Part shown: one piece after another, positions 36,379 to 50,243 of the stretch
Numbering within the stretch: the stretch's first letter is position 1
How the letters are laid out: every line of letters starts with the position of its first letter
Origin: Spironucleus salmonicida
Lineage: Eukaryota
Direction: 5' to 3'
DNA: 64,000 nt
NCBI RefSeq assembly: GCF_000497125.1
Contig: NC_090601.1
Location: 434,001 to 498,000 of the forward strand
The notes under the pieces: generated by a model
Seen by the model: the letters and a program-made list of their open reading frames with translations, nothing else
Told to the model about the DNA's origin: nothing
Databases searched by the model: none
Position numbers and translations under genes: made by a program

Positions 36379-37860
36379 ATGACTAACGTATTTATAATGA
36401 ATGCACTAAATGTTTAAATGCTGATGCTCTGCTACTTTCATCGAATCATGTCCCCGCTGGTGATTTCGCAGAACCATGCACAAATAGATGTGCTGATCTG
36501 TAACAAAAACCAGTCGTCTAAGGAGATTGCGATTAAACTTACGGTTGGGCATCGCTTCGTATTCACAATAGCACACTCCGACTCTGATACCGTATAAACT
36601 CTGGTATTTGACCTGCGCAACCACTATATATCCAGTATTAACTACGCCTTGCTGCAGTTCGAAGTGTTTGGGACGCCGCTGTTGATTGAGAAAATAAAAG
36701 TCGTGGACGACACAGTCCAGACCTGCATCAAACTAGCACGGCTTGGAATCGACATCAAAGATGGCGTGATAGCCCTCCTTTACGACGACAACCAGTGCAA
36801 GGACGTGATCGCACTAATGAAGTTTACAGTGCACTTTCGCACCGATGACGGTAACTATTCGCATCTAATGTACTCCCGGGACTAGCTAAACCAAACCAGT
36901 CGCAAGAGTATCAACTGCAGCGTCGCTGGAAAGTACGATCCTAGCTAGGTAGAGCAGGCCTTCTTCAATTGCTGCGGCAACAACCTTCAATGCTTCTAGA
37001 TGCTGCGGGATAAATTCTAACTCAAGTCCAACTCCGCAAACATAACAGTGCACTTTGCTATAAATAACTTCGAGACCATTCAGCGATACCATAATGTCTA
37101 CGTGGACTCGGTGCAGCACGCGGAGGTAATATCCGAAATAGCACTGGACTATGACGAAGTCAAAGCTTTGTTGTTACTATTTTATGAGGATTTCCTGCCA
37201 AGTTATATTAACAAAGTCGAAATGTAGATTCAGATCGACGAGTATTTTTTCGTATTGCAGGCCGATGGCATTTCCATGGGATACTCAACATCGTGCGCAG
37301 TCGAGACCACTTACAACAGCTACTCTCTGTGCAGCATGAATATCATGAAGGCGAATGAGATCGTCCAGCAAAACACCCTGAGAGAGTTTCCGATTACCCT
37401 ATTTCTGCGGAACAACGAGACCAATATCCTTTTTCGAAAGGTAAGCTACAACAGCACGATTAACAGCTTCGAGAATAGAATCGACGTGGCGAACTACTTC
37501 CGCGGCGGCTACTTCTACTTTGTGTTCAATGCCAACATGGGCCTGGACATAGAGGCGGAGATTCATATTCCAGGGCGCCCGATGCTGAAGGCCCGCCTAG
37601 AGGCGTCGGAGCTGTATGTGTACCGCTGGAAATTCTAGGACTACAAGCAATTTACCGGCCAAACCGTGGACTTCATCCTGTTTATGGAAAACGAGCACAA
37701 CGCCGGCAAGACACAGTTTCTCTACTCGGTCCAGATTTACTAGCAGACCATTACGTGGTAAGTCAATTTAGTCATTTCTGCCGTTTGCTTCGGCCTGTGT
37801 TTGCTGTTTCTAGGGGAGAAGTACAGCGACGTAGACGAGGAGCAGTTCAGCATAAGCTGA
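36379..37860 (+). CDS. Type I membrane protein, ~493 aa (start may be 36397 or 36418)
   Basis: Single frame; CCGNNLQC block; C-terminal TM VNLVISAVCFGLCLLFLG. Confidence 0.75.
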
Positions 37861-37891
37861 ACGGCAATATTGCGTGAACATAACATCCCCC

Positions 37892-40342
37892 TCACTTGAA
37901 CTCCTGAAGCTTGTAAATGCCCCACTTTTCGTTCTTGCTGTTCATCTTCAGAATAAGGGCGTTCGCGGCGGCCTTGTTAAACCCGCCCACCTTGTTGAGG
38001 GAGTTCAGCAGGTAGAGCATCTTCTGCTGGGAGTTTTGGCAGTTCTTGGTTATCTCGTACACGCTCTCAAGCACGAACAGGGCGATGGAGGGGAAGTAGG
38101 ACTTGATCGGCGGCTGGTTCTCCTTCAGGCTGTTGTTGAAGTCCAACATCTTGTCCTGCTTCTCGATGTCTATCAGCAGCTTTCTCTGCGCGTAGAAGTA
38201 TGCCCTCGCGCCAAGCGAGGCGTGGTTGTTGTATCCAAACATGTCGAACGCGCAGAAGCCTATGGAGAACTGGGACTCCTGGAAGATCATCTTGAACAGC
38301 CCGACCACGCTCTTGATGTCATCCCACGCGGAGAACAGCTGAACTAATTCTTTCATCTTTTCGGCCAGAATACCCTTCTGTTTATCCTGGAAGCCGGTCT
38401 TCCCGACGAAGATGACCTCGAAGAAAGCGATAGCGTCGTCCTCAAACTTGGTCGTGCACTTGCTCGCAAAGGCGGGGAAGTCGGGCTGGTTAAAGTACGA
38501 GTAGGACTGCTGTGCGAAGATTTTGTAGATATCCGTCATGCCGTGGATGGCGAAGTAACTTTTATTCGCGATATCCCTCTTCGCTGCCTCCACCTCGCTA
38601 TCGGAAAACACGCCGTCGTACTCCTCGAATACCTGCAGATAGGCCTTCGCGATGACAAAATGAATGAAGCTGAAAATGAACTCGCGGGAGTTGGCTGCGT
38701 TGAACAGGCTGTACACGTAGAACTCAGTTTTCAGACAGAAATCTATGGCCATGTCGAAAAGGGCCTCGTTGCTATTGGTGCTATTGTAGCTATCGGCGAA
38801 GGCCGTCAGGATCTGCTCGAGCACATATTTCTCCGCACCCTTCGAGCACTTGATCTTCTGCAGGAGCTGGAACTTGTCCTTCAGGAGCTTCGCCTGCTGG
38901 TTATTCTCGAACACCTTCTGTATGAAAACGGCGAAGCATTGGCTGTTCTCGATCCTATCAACGATCTGCTCGTCGGTGCTGACATTGAGCATGCCCTTCA
39001 CTACATGAAGGAGGCCACAAGTGTTCCAAATTTGCAAAATCTCTGAAAAGGGCTGCTTCTCCATGCTAATCTTTTGGCGGTTGCTCTGAACCACCTTGGT
39101 GTCAACACTGGTATCTAGGCAGCACTTGATTTTGTAAATGACCAGGGAGTCCACGATGTCGGTGTTCAGCTGCTGGATGTACGCCCGGTACGCCTCGATG
39201 CGCAGGCGGGACATGAGTTCCGGGGAGTCTTTGTGCACGGCCTTATTTACCTGGTCGAAGATAAGGATGGAGAGCACCAGGTACTCGGACTTCTCGCGCG
39301 TGGTCTTGGAGAGCAGCGTTTTAACGATATCCGCCTTCACGCCCTCAAAGGTAGCCTCAGTGGCCGCGGCGAGTTTACTCAGCACCAGCTTGTCCTGCGT
39401 GTCCTTTCTCAGGTCGCGGAGAAGCACCTTGACGAGCGCATCGGTCACGAAGTCCTTGCTGCACAGGTTGCTGCTCAGCAGGTAGAGCTGCGCGATGAGC
39501 AGAGCGCACCCCTTGAAGTGGAGGTCGTAATTGCTGTTGAACTGCATGATGGCCTGCGGGTCGGCCTTGGGCGGTGGCCTGTACTGGGAGAGCGGGGTCT
39601 TGTAGGTCTCGATCTCCTTGGCTATGTTCGCCTTGACCGTCTTTTCGAAGACGTCGAGCGCGCTCACCGAGTGGGCATGCTTGTGCTGAAGCACCACGTA
39701 GTGAATGAGCCGCCCGTAGAGGTTAATGAACTTGTGCTCCAGCGCCGCCTTGTCGTACAGCTGCACGAGCATACCGGCCAGGCACTCCTCGAAGTCGGCG
39801 AGCTTGAGCCCGTCGAGCAGCTCCGCCGCACTCTTGCGCATGAGCTCGAACTGGTTCATGCTGTACTTGTTCAGCATCTCCTTCACCTGCCTGTTGAAGC
39901 TGTCCACCGGCTGCTCATTCCGCTTGACGCCCAGAATCTTGTTCTTGAGCCTGTCGGGAATCACACCGGCCTTCCGCGCGGACATGTACTGTTTGGGGTC
40001 TTCCTGCTTGCTCAGGTCGTAGTAGTGCTCGAAGGTCTCCATGTCCGCTCCCTGGGGCGGGTTTTCGCGCTTCTCGGTTTCGACGCGAAACTCGCACACC
40101 TTCAGCAGGACGTCGAACTTTTCGTCAAACTGCTCGAAGCTCTGGGGGCTGAACTCGAAGAGCGCTGCGGCATCTCGAAAGAGGCTCAGGTCGTCCACGG
40201 GGTACCGGTCGATGATGCTGTGGATCTTGAACTGGGGGTTGTCCTGCTTTTACGACTTCATGGAAGCTTTCATGGCTATCACTGCGGTTTCTTCCTTGGA
40301 GAGCTACTTATCTACGGTAAGAGAGAACTTATACTTATTCAT
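37892..40342 (-). CDS. MIF4G-domain protein, eIF4G-like, 816 aa
   Basis: VKEMLNKYS...LYDKAALEHKFINLYGRL matches the first MIF4G helices; frame extends to ATG 40342 under table 6. Confidence 0.78.
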
Positions 40343-41968
40343 TTTTAGTGAAAAGGAAAGATGGAAGTGAAAATATATACTATGATATAATTATAATAAT
40401 ATGCTAAATAATTACTAATTATGTTAAGTGTAAATTAGTAATTAAACAAGATGTCTATCCTATAGACCAAGTAACTAAAGCGATTTTTAGCTCTTTAAAA
40501 ACTACAAAATGATATGTATGCAAATATTCTTTTAAGGAATTAATAAAATACCATAAAAAGTGAAAATTTTATATGTAACTAGGCTGAAGAGTCAACAACA
40601 CTGAACTTGCTAAACAAGGTTATTTTTAAATAGCAGATATTAAAGATGATAACAGCCGACTTGTCTAAAATAGGAAAATGAGGAATGCAGAGTTATACAT
40701 TAAGTTCATATTCATGTGAGTATTACAATCAAATCAAGTAATTGCGAATAACAATGTTTTTATTAGGTAGTATTTGTTACCTATTCTTAATTAGACACTA
40801 ATAGAGATGAATTGCACGGATGGACTTGAAAGTCAGTTTAGATCTAAATTGAGTCTAGTGAATTTAAGTTATTTTACTATTACCTGCGGTAGTTTTCAAA
40901 TATAGGAAGTAATGGTTGGTATAGAAAAATAATCATAAATATAATAAATTTATAAATTTGAGTTAAAATAAACACGTTTTATCAGTCATATAATCAATAG
41001 GATCTTGTAACATTTCTTTATTCTATTAACAAATGTAGTTAATTCTGAACTCCAACTCTTTAGCTGAATGAATATTTAATTTGATTTTTTACATTATAAT
41101 GTAGATGTAATGATTATTTGCATTTAATATGAATTGAAACTTATTAGTTAAAGCAAGTACATTTCATAGAGCCGTCGCAGTATGTTGGACGAAACATATG
41201 GTGAATCTTGGTCTGAATTTTCGATATAAAAGTTTCAGTTACTTTATAATTTTATCAGTACTATTTTTTGCATTCCAGTCAATATTAAAATGTATCCTTA
41301 GAATATTCTTAAAAAAATATCATGGCAATTAAAATATTAAAGCTAAGTGCATTGTATGGCTATTTTATAATATATATTTTTGGTTATCAACCTATATAAA
41401 ATGTATAGCTAGAGTCATCTCCGGAGATCAAGCGTTTGCGATTTCAAATGCATATTCTAAATTAAAAATAGCTATAAGGTTAATTATGGATATAAATTTG
41501 GACACCTCAAAATGCAGAACAACTATTTAAACTCAAAGAATGTTTTCCTAACACTATTTATTATCCTAAAACTTAATTCTACTTCCTTGGAAGTGTCTTT
41601 ATCTATATTAACTTTATTATAATTAGTACCTTGAAATATCTTAATTGTTGCTGTATTTATTTTACATTCTATATTCTTTAGTAGTCTATATTTGTTAACT
41701 ATTATTTTTGGTTTTATCTAGATTTTACTACATCTTACTTAATTTTTATATATAAATTAATTAATGAATAATAATATATATTTTTAAAATTATTATGTAG
41801 TTTATACTATATATTTAAATATATATTCTAGCTATAGATCTATGATTAAATAAAATATACAGTTTCTTTATTTAAGATATTAATTCCATTCTGGAATTTT
41901 TATTTTAACCATTAAGTTGAAAATATATGAAATATTTATTATCAATAATCATTATACTTCAAATCAAA

Positions 41969-43264
41969 ATGTTAGCTGCTTTCTTCATGTACTAATGTTA
42001 TCTCTATTAGTATGACAAACCAAACCCAACTGAAATTGATGCAGGTATCCATATAATGATTACTAACCAAGGTCTTAGCAATTATTGTGAGAGGAATATT
42101 GGCCTAGCTATCTCCACTATTTAGTCAAACTTACCCCCAATAAACTTCAAGCTAAATCTGGGAATATTCACCATAGACTTAACTGATGGGAAGCTTCGTC
42201 AGTTAAATCTAGATGGAATAAGTCTCAAGGCCTATCAGAACCTAACAATTCTAAATATATCAAAGGTGCAGCTTGATCTGTATTTTTCTCTATAAATTCA
42301 GCAAAAATCTTTCCCATATCTCCAAGATACAGGAACTCTTAGCCTCATCGTGGAAGAACTCTCATTAAGCACTTAAGGGATGGTTGAGTTTCGTGATCCA
42401 GCATGCAAGAAAAATTTCACTATCGTTACTAGTAACACGATATTGTCAGTTAAGAGATTCTAAGTTACGTTTGAATGTGGATTGTAGGTTATTCTTAACT
42501 CCATTAGTGGCTTGCTAACAAATGTTATGCTCGACCAGCTTAATGGACAACTTGGTCAATCTTTGGCTAGCACGATTATGTAGACATTGCTAACACTACT
42601 ATCTAATATGGCCCAAGAAGCAACAGTGTGGTGGGATATTCGAGTATATACTGATCAACGTTCCATGGTTGGAATAGCGTTTTAAGATAATTTTCTGACT
42701 ACCATGTTTTCAGGGTAGCGCGTTAGACTGAATCTAAATAATATGGCTGCCGTTGGTTGGCTCGATACTCCAATTTCATCAAAGCCTAACTTCTACACAG
42801 ACCACGATATATAATATCTAGTGGAACGAGTTGTCTTCAATTCTGGCTTCCAGTTCTACTTCTCAGATGTAGGTGGATTCGAAAAGGTTAAGAAGACAAA
42901 GGGGATCACAATTCACAATATTACACTTCCTAGTTTCAAAAATACTGGAGCTAAACTTCTCGTTGATATTGAGTTCGGCGGGGTACGAGAAACTCTCATC
43001 TACCTAGAACCCATACGTTTGTTTAGCATCGACATGGGTAAAGGATTATTCTTCGGTAGCCTAGTCATTGAGTTGACAAATCTCGTGCCACAGTCCACAC
43101 TTCTTACGGATATGTAACTAGCCGACTTGGCTTCCTACTTCTCCAAAAGTTTCTCCATTTACCATTTTTCTATAAATAACGTAGTCGGTGTGGACCTCAC
43201 ATCGGTATAGATAATCTTTCTAAATGAGAACTGGATCCATGTAGGGATGAACATGGAGAAATGA
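41969..43264 (+). CDS. BPI/LBP/CETP-family (TULIP) lipid-binding protein, 431 aa
   Basis: Signal-like start; GIHIMITNQGLSNY resembles the BPI N-terminal motif; typical two-domain length. Confidence 0.7.
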
Positions 43265-43293
43265 CCTTTCTGATTAACACTCTCCGCTCCAAA

Positions 43294-44286
43294 ATGGAAG
43301 ACTGGCTACTTGCCGATTTTCAAGATCTCATAATACCTCATAAGACTACATCTTCTGTATCATATTTTGATACTACAGTTAATACTGTTGCGGACCTATT
43401 GGTATCCTTCACAACAACTGGACTTCAGGCATCCCAGCTGTCGCATGCCTACCAGATCATAAAACACGCAGCATCCTAACGTGAATAGTACTCCACTTTT
43501 TTATCTGCTACATCGTCTGTGATTTTATCCGGTGTACGTAATATTATTATACGCCTGTGTGAGCTTGGCTTTATACAGCTTCTTTCACTTCCATTCTGTG
43601 CTATCGAAGCAGATATTATTTAAGCACTTAGAGGATTATATAGAGATACAAAGGAATGCTAAGACGGACTTGTTTCTGATTCTGATATCCTTATTCCGTT
43701 TATGTCTGATGCGATTAAGGCAGCGGAACTGGCTTAGAAAAATAATTTTCATTTCACACCGTAGAGGTTTATTCACTTTCTAGGAGAGTATTTAAATAAT
43801 TAATCATTGATATCTACTTGTTCAAAAAAAAGAATTCCAATATTTTGCCCAGCTATTACAGATTGCAAATCTGCATAGCTATTTGCTGATTCCAATTTAG
43901 TTATTGATTTAGTGGGAGATACAAGAGGCTTGAATAGGGCAGCAAGAATAAGCAATTAGTTGCTAACAATTTGTTTAGGGGGTGGAGTTTCAAAACATCA
44001 AATTAACAAGGCTAGTATTTTTAATGATAGAGGAGCTGATAGTGCAGTATACTTTATAAACGGTGAAGAATTTGATGGTAGTGACAGTGGGGCTAGCCCT
44101 TTAGAAGCAATGGCATGTGGTAAACTTAAAATAGGGGGAGATTGGGCTAAAGTTCATGGTGAATGTAGTATAGGGTTTAGTATTGTCGGTGCTTAAATCA
44201 TAAAAGATATTGGGGAGTAGATACCTAGAAATAATGAAGACTTATAAGAAACATATTGGTAAGTATTAGAGGATTCTTTAAAGTGA
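43294..44286 (+). CDS. DHPS: Deoxyhypusine synthase (divergent), 330 aa
   Basis: TTGLQASQL, SGVRNII, IPIFCPAITD, LGGGVSKH, EFDGSDSGASPLEAMACGKL. Confidence 0.9.
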
Positions 44287-44821
44287 AATAAAGTTTTGAT
44301 ATTTTGTGTAGATGATAATAGACATTATAGCATAATAAAATAAGATAAAATAAATAAAAAATAATAATATGATTGCCTTCAGTTACAATAAAAACTATTA
44401 ATTAATTAGTTTTATTAATCTTATTTACATTCATGTAAAAATTATTAGACCATTACCATATTTTACTATATTTAATAAGCTCAGTGTTAAATTAATTATT
44501 GTTATGAATAAATTATATTTCTATTATACTATACTAGTTTATATTTTGTAATTATTATCATAAATTAATAATAAATAAAAATTATTAATGAATGATACTT
44601 GTTAATTTTTAATTGCTTTATTAAAAAATAATCTAAATGATAAAATATATTGGCTTATAAATTAAACGTTTTGATAAGACTATATCATCCACAGTAATAT
44701 AAATCGCAAATTAAAGTTAGAAGTATGTTTAAAATAATAGTAATTAATAATTAAACGACAACAAAGTAATATTTATTTTGTATAATATAAACCTTAGTAA
44801 TTTTTTACACTAATCTCATAA

Positions 44822-44995
44822 ATGCGAAAAGATGACCTTCTTTATATAATTCTCCTATTACTACTTATTATCTACTCATTTGGTACTTTTATTATAGCCT
44901 AATGCTCTGTTATCAATACAGCTTAAGTAAAGTAAAGAGCAAAAATACTAGATAGAAACTTAACGATCACTGATTTAGAAATTATAGAAAAATGA
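44822..44995 (+). CDS. Micro-protein with one TM helix, 57 aa
   Basis: LLYIILLLLLIIYSFGTFIIA; open under table 6. Confidence 0.4.
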
Positions 44996-45045
44996 TTATT
45001 ATATGCTATTTATCATTTTATTAATCCACTCCACTAACTTCTCTC

Positions 45046-46011
45046 ATGACGAATACTTGGACAGAACTTCACAGGCCAAAAAAGCTATCAGAAATAGCTC
45101 ATTAACCTCAAGTTGTGCAGTCTCTAGAAACATTTCTTAAATCAAATGATATACCAAACTTACTCTTTTTTGGTCCATAAGGAACCGGAAAAACAACGGC
45201 AATACATGCATTCGCCCGTGAACTCTTTGGCGATTAATACCGTTAGAGAATATTTGAAATTAATGCATCTTCAGAGCGTGGTGTAAACTCAATTAGAACA
45301 CGTGTGAAGCCACTTTCGTAGCTATCATTATCAAGTGGAATACGGCTAATAATTCTGGAAGAGGCAGATGCACTTACACGTGATGCTTAGGCAGCATTAC
45401 GAAGAATTTTAGAAGACTCAGCGGCCACCACACGAGTCTGCCTCTTGTGCAATTATGCATCCCAAATTATCGCTCCTTTGGCGTCTAGATGCGCTAAGTT
45501 TCGTTTCTTCCCTCTTCCATAAAGTGTAATTTCTTAGAATTTACTTAAAATTGCAAAGTTACAGGCTACATAAATAGACGAAATTGCAGCAGATTAAATC
45601 AGCGAAAATGCACGTGGTGATATGAGAAAAGCCGTTACAGACCTTTAAATGCATAGCTTAATCGGTCGTGGGATAGTTGATTTACAAACCTGCAGATTAA
45701 TCGAAAAGGTTTAAGGTGGAGTGGATAATCAAATTCTGAATTAATTGTTTGATGCTATAATTGACAAAAACGTAGCAGAAATAGAGTTTAAAGAGATAGT
45801 AAATCGCATCTTCGAGAGTCAAATTTCACCTTAGGAACTGGTTTTTGCACTTTTTGACAAGTTCTTAAATTCGGAGGAAATCAGCGACAGGTTCAGGCAA
45901 GTTTGTGCAGAGCAGTATTGCAAGTTTGGAGTGGTTTGTGCAAAGCGGGGAACTGAAAAATTGGCTCTGAGCAAATTTCTCTATGGGGTGCGCTGTGCTT
46001 GTTTTAAGTGA
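45046..46011 (+). CDS. RFC4: Replication factor C small subunit (human RFC4/yeast Rfc2-like), 321 aa
   Basis: [45 protein letters not shown]. Confidence 0.88.
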
Positions 46012-46488
46012 AAGATGACTTTAGTGAGGTTGATGAACTGGAGTTAATGATGCCATAACTTATTTGAATAATTTAATTTTTTAGAAGGTGCGTTAAATTA
46101 ATATGCACCAGAAAGATTGTACAAGAACAAAGATAAAAGTACAAGTTAATAATTTTATTATTAATTACTATATAATAGTATATTGTATTCAGCAGTTCAT
46201 AATTTCAATTTTATAATTTAATTTTAATACTTTACATTTATCTGAATAAAAGACTCATCAAATAGGATTTGCTCATATTATATATAAATTGTACTTACTT
46301 CAACTTTATGATGCTTTTGCCTATTTAAAAATAAACAATAAACTTTTAACGTTCCACAGAAAAAACGAACTAATCGATTAATTCGTCAAATGGTTTGTAA
46401 ATAAAGTTATCTATTTATATTTTTCTACACATTAAGTTACTAACTATAGACACTTTTCGAAATGGTATTACTTTTAACACTCCATTAA

Positions 46489-47427
46489 ATGTAAGCTGGT
46501 TTTGCTGGTATGCCTGGAAGAATGCCTGGAAGAGGTCCCATGATGATGGATTAGGCCGCACCAATCTCAGCATCTGATTTAATCTAATCTGCGTAGTTTA
46601 TCATCGCTGCGCAAATTGACTCATTCTAGGAAGGAATAGCCACCAGGTCTATGCCTCCCCAGTGCCACTATAAAATAGCTATTTCTAACGTACAGTAAAT
46701 CCGTGGAACCCTGCCTTAAACCGATGACTTGAAGCTCATCATTGTAGGTTTTGAGAAGCCTATTGTTGGCGAGCTTTTAGTGCTGTTAGGTCACGTTCAA
46801 GACGATCACTTTTCCTTCAATCATCAGCTCAAAATGACTTTCGAGGAAGCGCAAAAAATTGCCGAGGCTAACCCCCCTGGATGGTAAAATGGAGCATCCC
46901 CCTTCACTCAGCAGTTTGACGCCAAAATCAACTTAGAAAACGCAGTTATTTGCCCAAAATCTGGCCGTCCATCCTTCAAACTCCAGAACTTCTCGATGAA
47001 GGTTGAATAGGTCAAACCTGAAGTTCATGTTGAGTACCAGAACACCTATGGTGATGGCTTGTTCACCGTTGCCATTACCAATAACGGGCCAGCCCAAACG
47101 TGCAATGCTTTGTTTTAGGACAAAGACGGCAGCGTTTTGATTGAGCAGTCGCTCATTCTCAAGCTCAGTTCAATGGGAGCGGCCCGCAACCTCGTTTTCG
47201 ACGCCCCCTTGCCTGAAAACATCACCTAAGTTGCATTCAGTGAAGGCGAGACGAAAACGTTCGAGATCAACGTTCTCAAGCTCAAATCAATGAAAATCGA
47301 GCAGTGGCCCAGAGGCGGTATGAGAGTTTACATCCAGTTCGTTCTGGGCGACATCATCGAGTCCAACTTTTTCTATTACAGCAGCAAGCACCACGACGCG
47401 CTCGTCGAGAAGGCCGTGCAAGAGTGA
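46489..47427 (+). CDS. Globular protein of unknown function, 312 aa
   Basis: Single frame to GAG-TGA; distinctive motifs SMPP, CPKSGRP, QNTYGDG, WPRGG, NFFYYSSKHHD. Confidence 0.8.
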
Positions 47428-47450
47428 AAATCGAAGTATCACTTAAAACC

Positions 47451-49856
47451 TCAGTAATCGCCGTTCAGCCTCTCTGCGATCTCGTCAACCTGCGCCTTCA
47501 GCTCCTCGTTAATCCTCTGGATTTCGTCGATCTCCTTTATCACCTTCCTGTTGCTCGTGATGCAATAAAGCACCTCGCTTTCGACCCCCGCGAGCTCGTT
47601 TTTCGCCGCTTTCAGCCGCTCGCCGCCGGCGGCGCTGGCGGGCCGCCCGAGCTGCCGGATGTTCGAATTCGACGATCTGAGCGCATCCAGCGCCTGCGCG
47701 AGCCCGTTGACCTCGCTTTCGAGCTTTTTGCGCTGCTGCTGGAAGACCTCTTTCTGCTGGAAAAGGTCAGCCCGGCGCTTCCCGAAGCCGATAATCGCCT
47801 CCGCCTGAGCAGTTTTTGGGTCCACTTCCTCGGTCGAATTCTGGGCCTGCGCAGCGAGCGCCGCCACGCGCCGCGAGACCACAAAGCAGCGCGCTTCGAG
47901 TTTCGAGGTAGCGATTTTGCGCGATTTGAGCTCCATTTTTGTCGTGTGCAGGTCGTTTTGGAGCAGGCGCAGCTCGTTCTGCAGGATCGATCTTGCAGCA
48001 TAGAGCTGTTAGATCTTCAAGTTTGAGGAGATTTGGAGCTGTTCTGAACGATTTTCGAGACCAAAAGAAATTGCGGTTTTTTCTGTCAAATTCTGTAAAA
48101 TACGCTCCCTTGTGATCTTCAACTAGTCCATCAAAAGAAGAGATTCCTGGCGTTCTTCAGTTGTTTTTTGAACCGAAATAGTTTGTGTTTGAGAGGACAA
48201 AACTAGCTCGTTTAGCTGGTTCAGAACGCGGGATTTCTATGTTTGAACTTCGGTGAGTTGGCGCTTCACGCGGCCGATTTCGGCAAGAACTGATCCTGTT
48301 TATTGCTTCACAAGCTTTATTCCCTGGTTTTCCTTCTCTAATTAGTATTATAAGCCGTCTATGTTCTTTTTGAGAACAAGTTGTTCTTCAGCTGAAATAT
48401 CACCTCTAACATGCGAAAGTTTACGTGTCAATGCTTAAATTTAGAAATCTGCATTATAAATGTGACGACGTTATTGCTAAAGTTGATTTTCCATGTTTAA
48501 AATACGAGATTCTAGGCCTTTTAGACCAGCTTAATATGAAGAAATATTTGATTTTAAGGTTGATTCCTGATCTTTTAGATCAAATAAACGTTTTCCAGCG
48601 TGTTACAATTTTAATTGCTCGGCCTCAAGGAGCCTTTTGTTATAAGCATGATCTGATTTCACATCTTCTACTAATTATATTGTAGCTTACGTTCTTTCGT
48701 TGAGATCCATGTTTTTATTGTCCATGATATCTTGAACTTAGGATAAGATGTCATTTCGTTAAATAATCTCAAGCAGATTGGCTTTTCTAGCATTAAGAGC
48801 ATTCGAAAGTTCATTTCTTATAGTAGTTTGCCTCGTAATTGTCTTTTCCGTGTTATTTAATGCACCTTTTACTACTAAAACCTCACCTTCTAAATTAGCA
48901 AGATTTTTAAGTAAAATATTAACTTATTCTTGAGATAATTAACACTCTCTTTCAATTGCTTCCAATTCATGATCGGCGTTCACGCTTTCTTTGTTATAAC
49001 CTTCGATTTCAGCTGATAACTGTCTATCTTAGGCTTTTAAATCCTCAACTTCAAATTTCCTTTATTGCAGTAACTGTTATGTGTTATCAGAGTATTTTTC
49101 AATTCCTTCTAACTGCTCTAGGGCTGACTGATAATTATTTGTTAGCAATTCCCTATCCTCCTAAAGCTTTTTAAATTAAAAGGCAGATTTGTTCAGAGCT
49201 AATTAAGCATTTTGAGTTTCCTGTGTCTCGTTATCTAGCTAATTCTGTAGGCTGTTAACAATAGTTTCCTATCTCTTAATCTACTTTAACAGTTCCTAAA
49301 GCTATTTATCATCAATTGCTTTGTACTTCTCGAGTGCGAAGCTGTCGTCGGCCTTCTACTCTTGAGCCAATTTCCACTCCTGCTATTCGTCCAAGAGCCA
49401 CTAGTTCTCCCTGCCCAATTCTGCTAGCTTGGCATGCTACTTCAAGAGGTTTGTCTATTACGACTATCTCCTGTCCTCCAGCTCGATGTGCCGTGTCTCA
49501 AATTGTTTTGTCTTTTCTTTCATTCTTCCTATATCGCGCTCAATTAGCTTGATCATGTGCTCCTCGGCGTCAGTTTCGCGCTTTCTTCCGTCTAGAAGTG
49601 ACTGAGCATTTTTGAGTTCAGAAGTTACATCGTGCTAGTGGTTTTCGATGGTAATAACGTATGACTCCAACTTGATGAGTGTGTCTAGAAGGGTTGATAT
49701 TTTGGTTGATTTCGTTTTCAAATTATCGTAAAGTGCTGTGTTTGAATCGTCAGCAAAAAGCGGCAAATCTACCTCTAAAGGTCTCCAGATATCTTGCAAT
49801 ACTTTTTGAATAGAGGGTTAATCCTTTTTGTTACTCGATGGCTGAAGCTTCTCCAT
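47451..49856 (-). CDS. CCDC39: Axonemal ruler coiled-coil protein CCDC39/FAP59, 801 aa
   Basis: N-terminal LPLFADDSN and EEHMIKLIERDIGR patterns followed by long coiled coil. Confidence 0.75.
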
Positions 49857-50243
49857 TGCGGAAATTTTAGAAAAGATGAGCATATTATATTATATTTGAA
49901 AATTAATAAATTACTTAAAAAAGTTATATTGAATAATACTATATATAAGTTGCATATAATTGTTTTGTATTACTATAACAGTATATACTCAATAAAATAA
50001 TTCGATTTTTCTATTCACTAGATTTTCGTGATTAACATTGATAATAATCCATATCCTAGCAATAATGATCACTTAAAAATTCAATACCTTAACTAATAAA
50101 CACATTCTTGATTTAAACGATATTTAATCTGAGATAAGATTTATTAAATAAACAGTTTAACTCTTTTCTTTTTTAACCTGTACTTCTAATTATAATAAAT
50201 TATATAATTATAAATCATTAATTCTTTTACCACTTCACAAATT

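Larger units (their letters stand above)
34140..40269. repeat. Segmental duplication R3, copy A (inverted relative to 56023-62152)
   Basis: Paired coordinates sum to 96292; scattered substitutions only. Confidence 0.97.

Noticed and set aside
40451-41740. Short ORFs on both strands between the MIF4G and BPI-like genes
   Set aside because: Interrupted by TGA in the frames I tried, with no recognisable motif; may be decayed coding sequence but cannot be supported.
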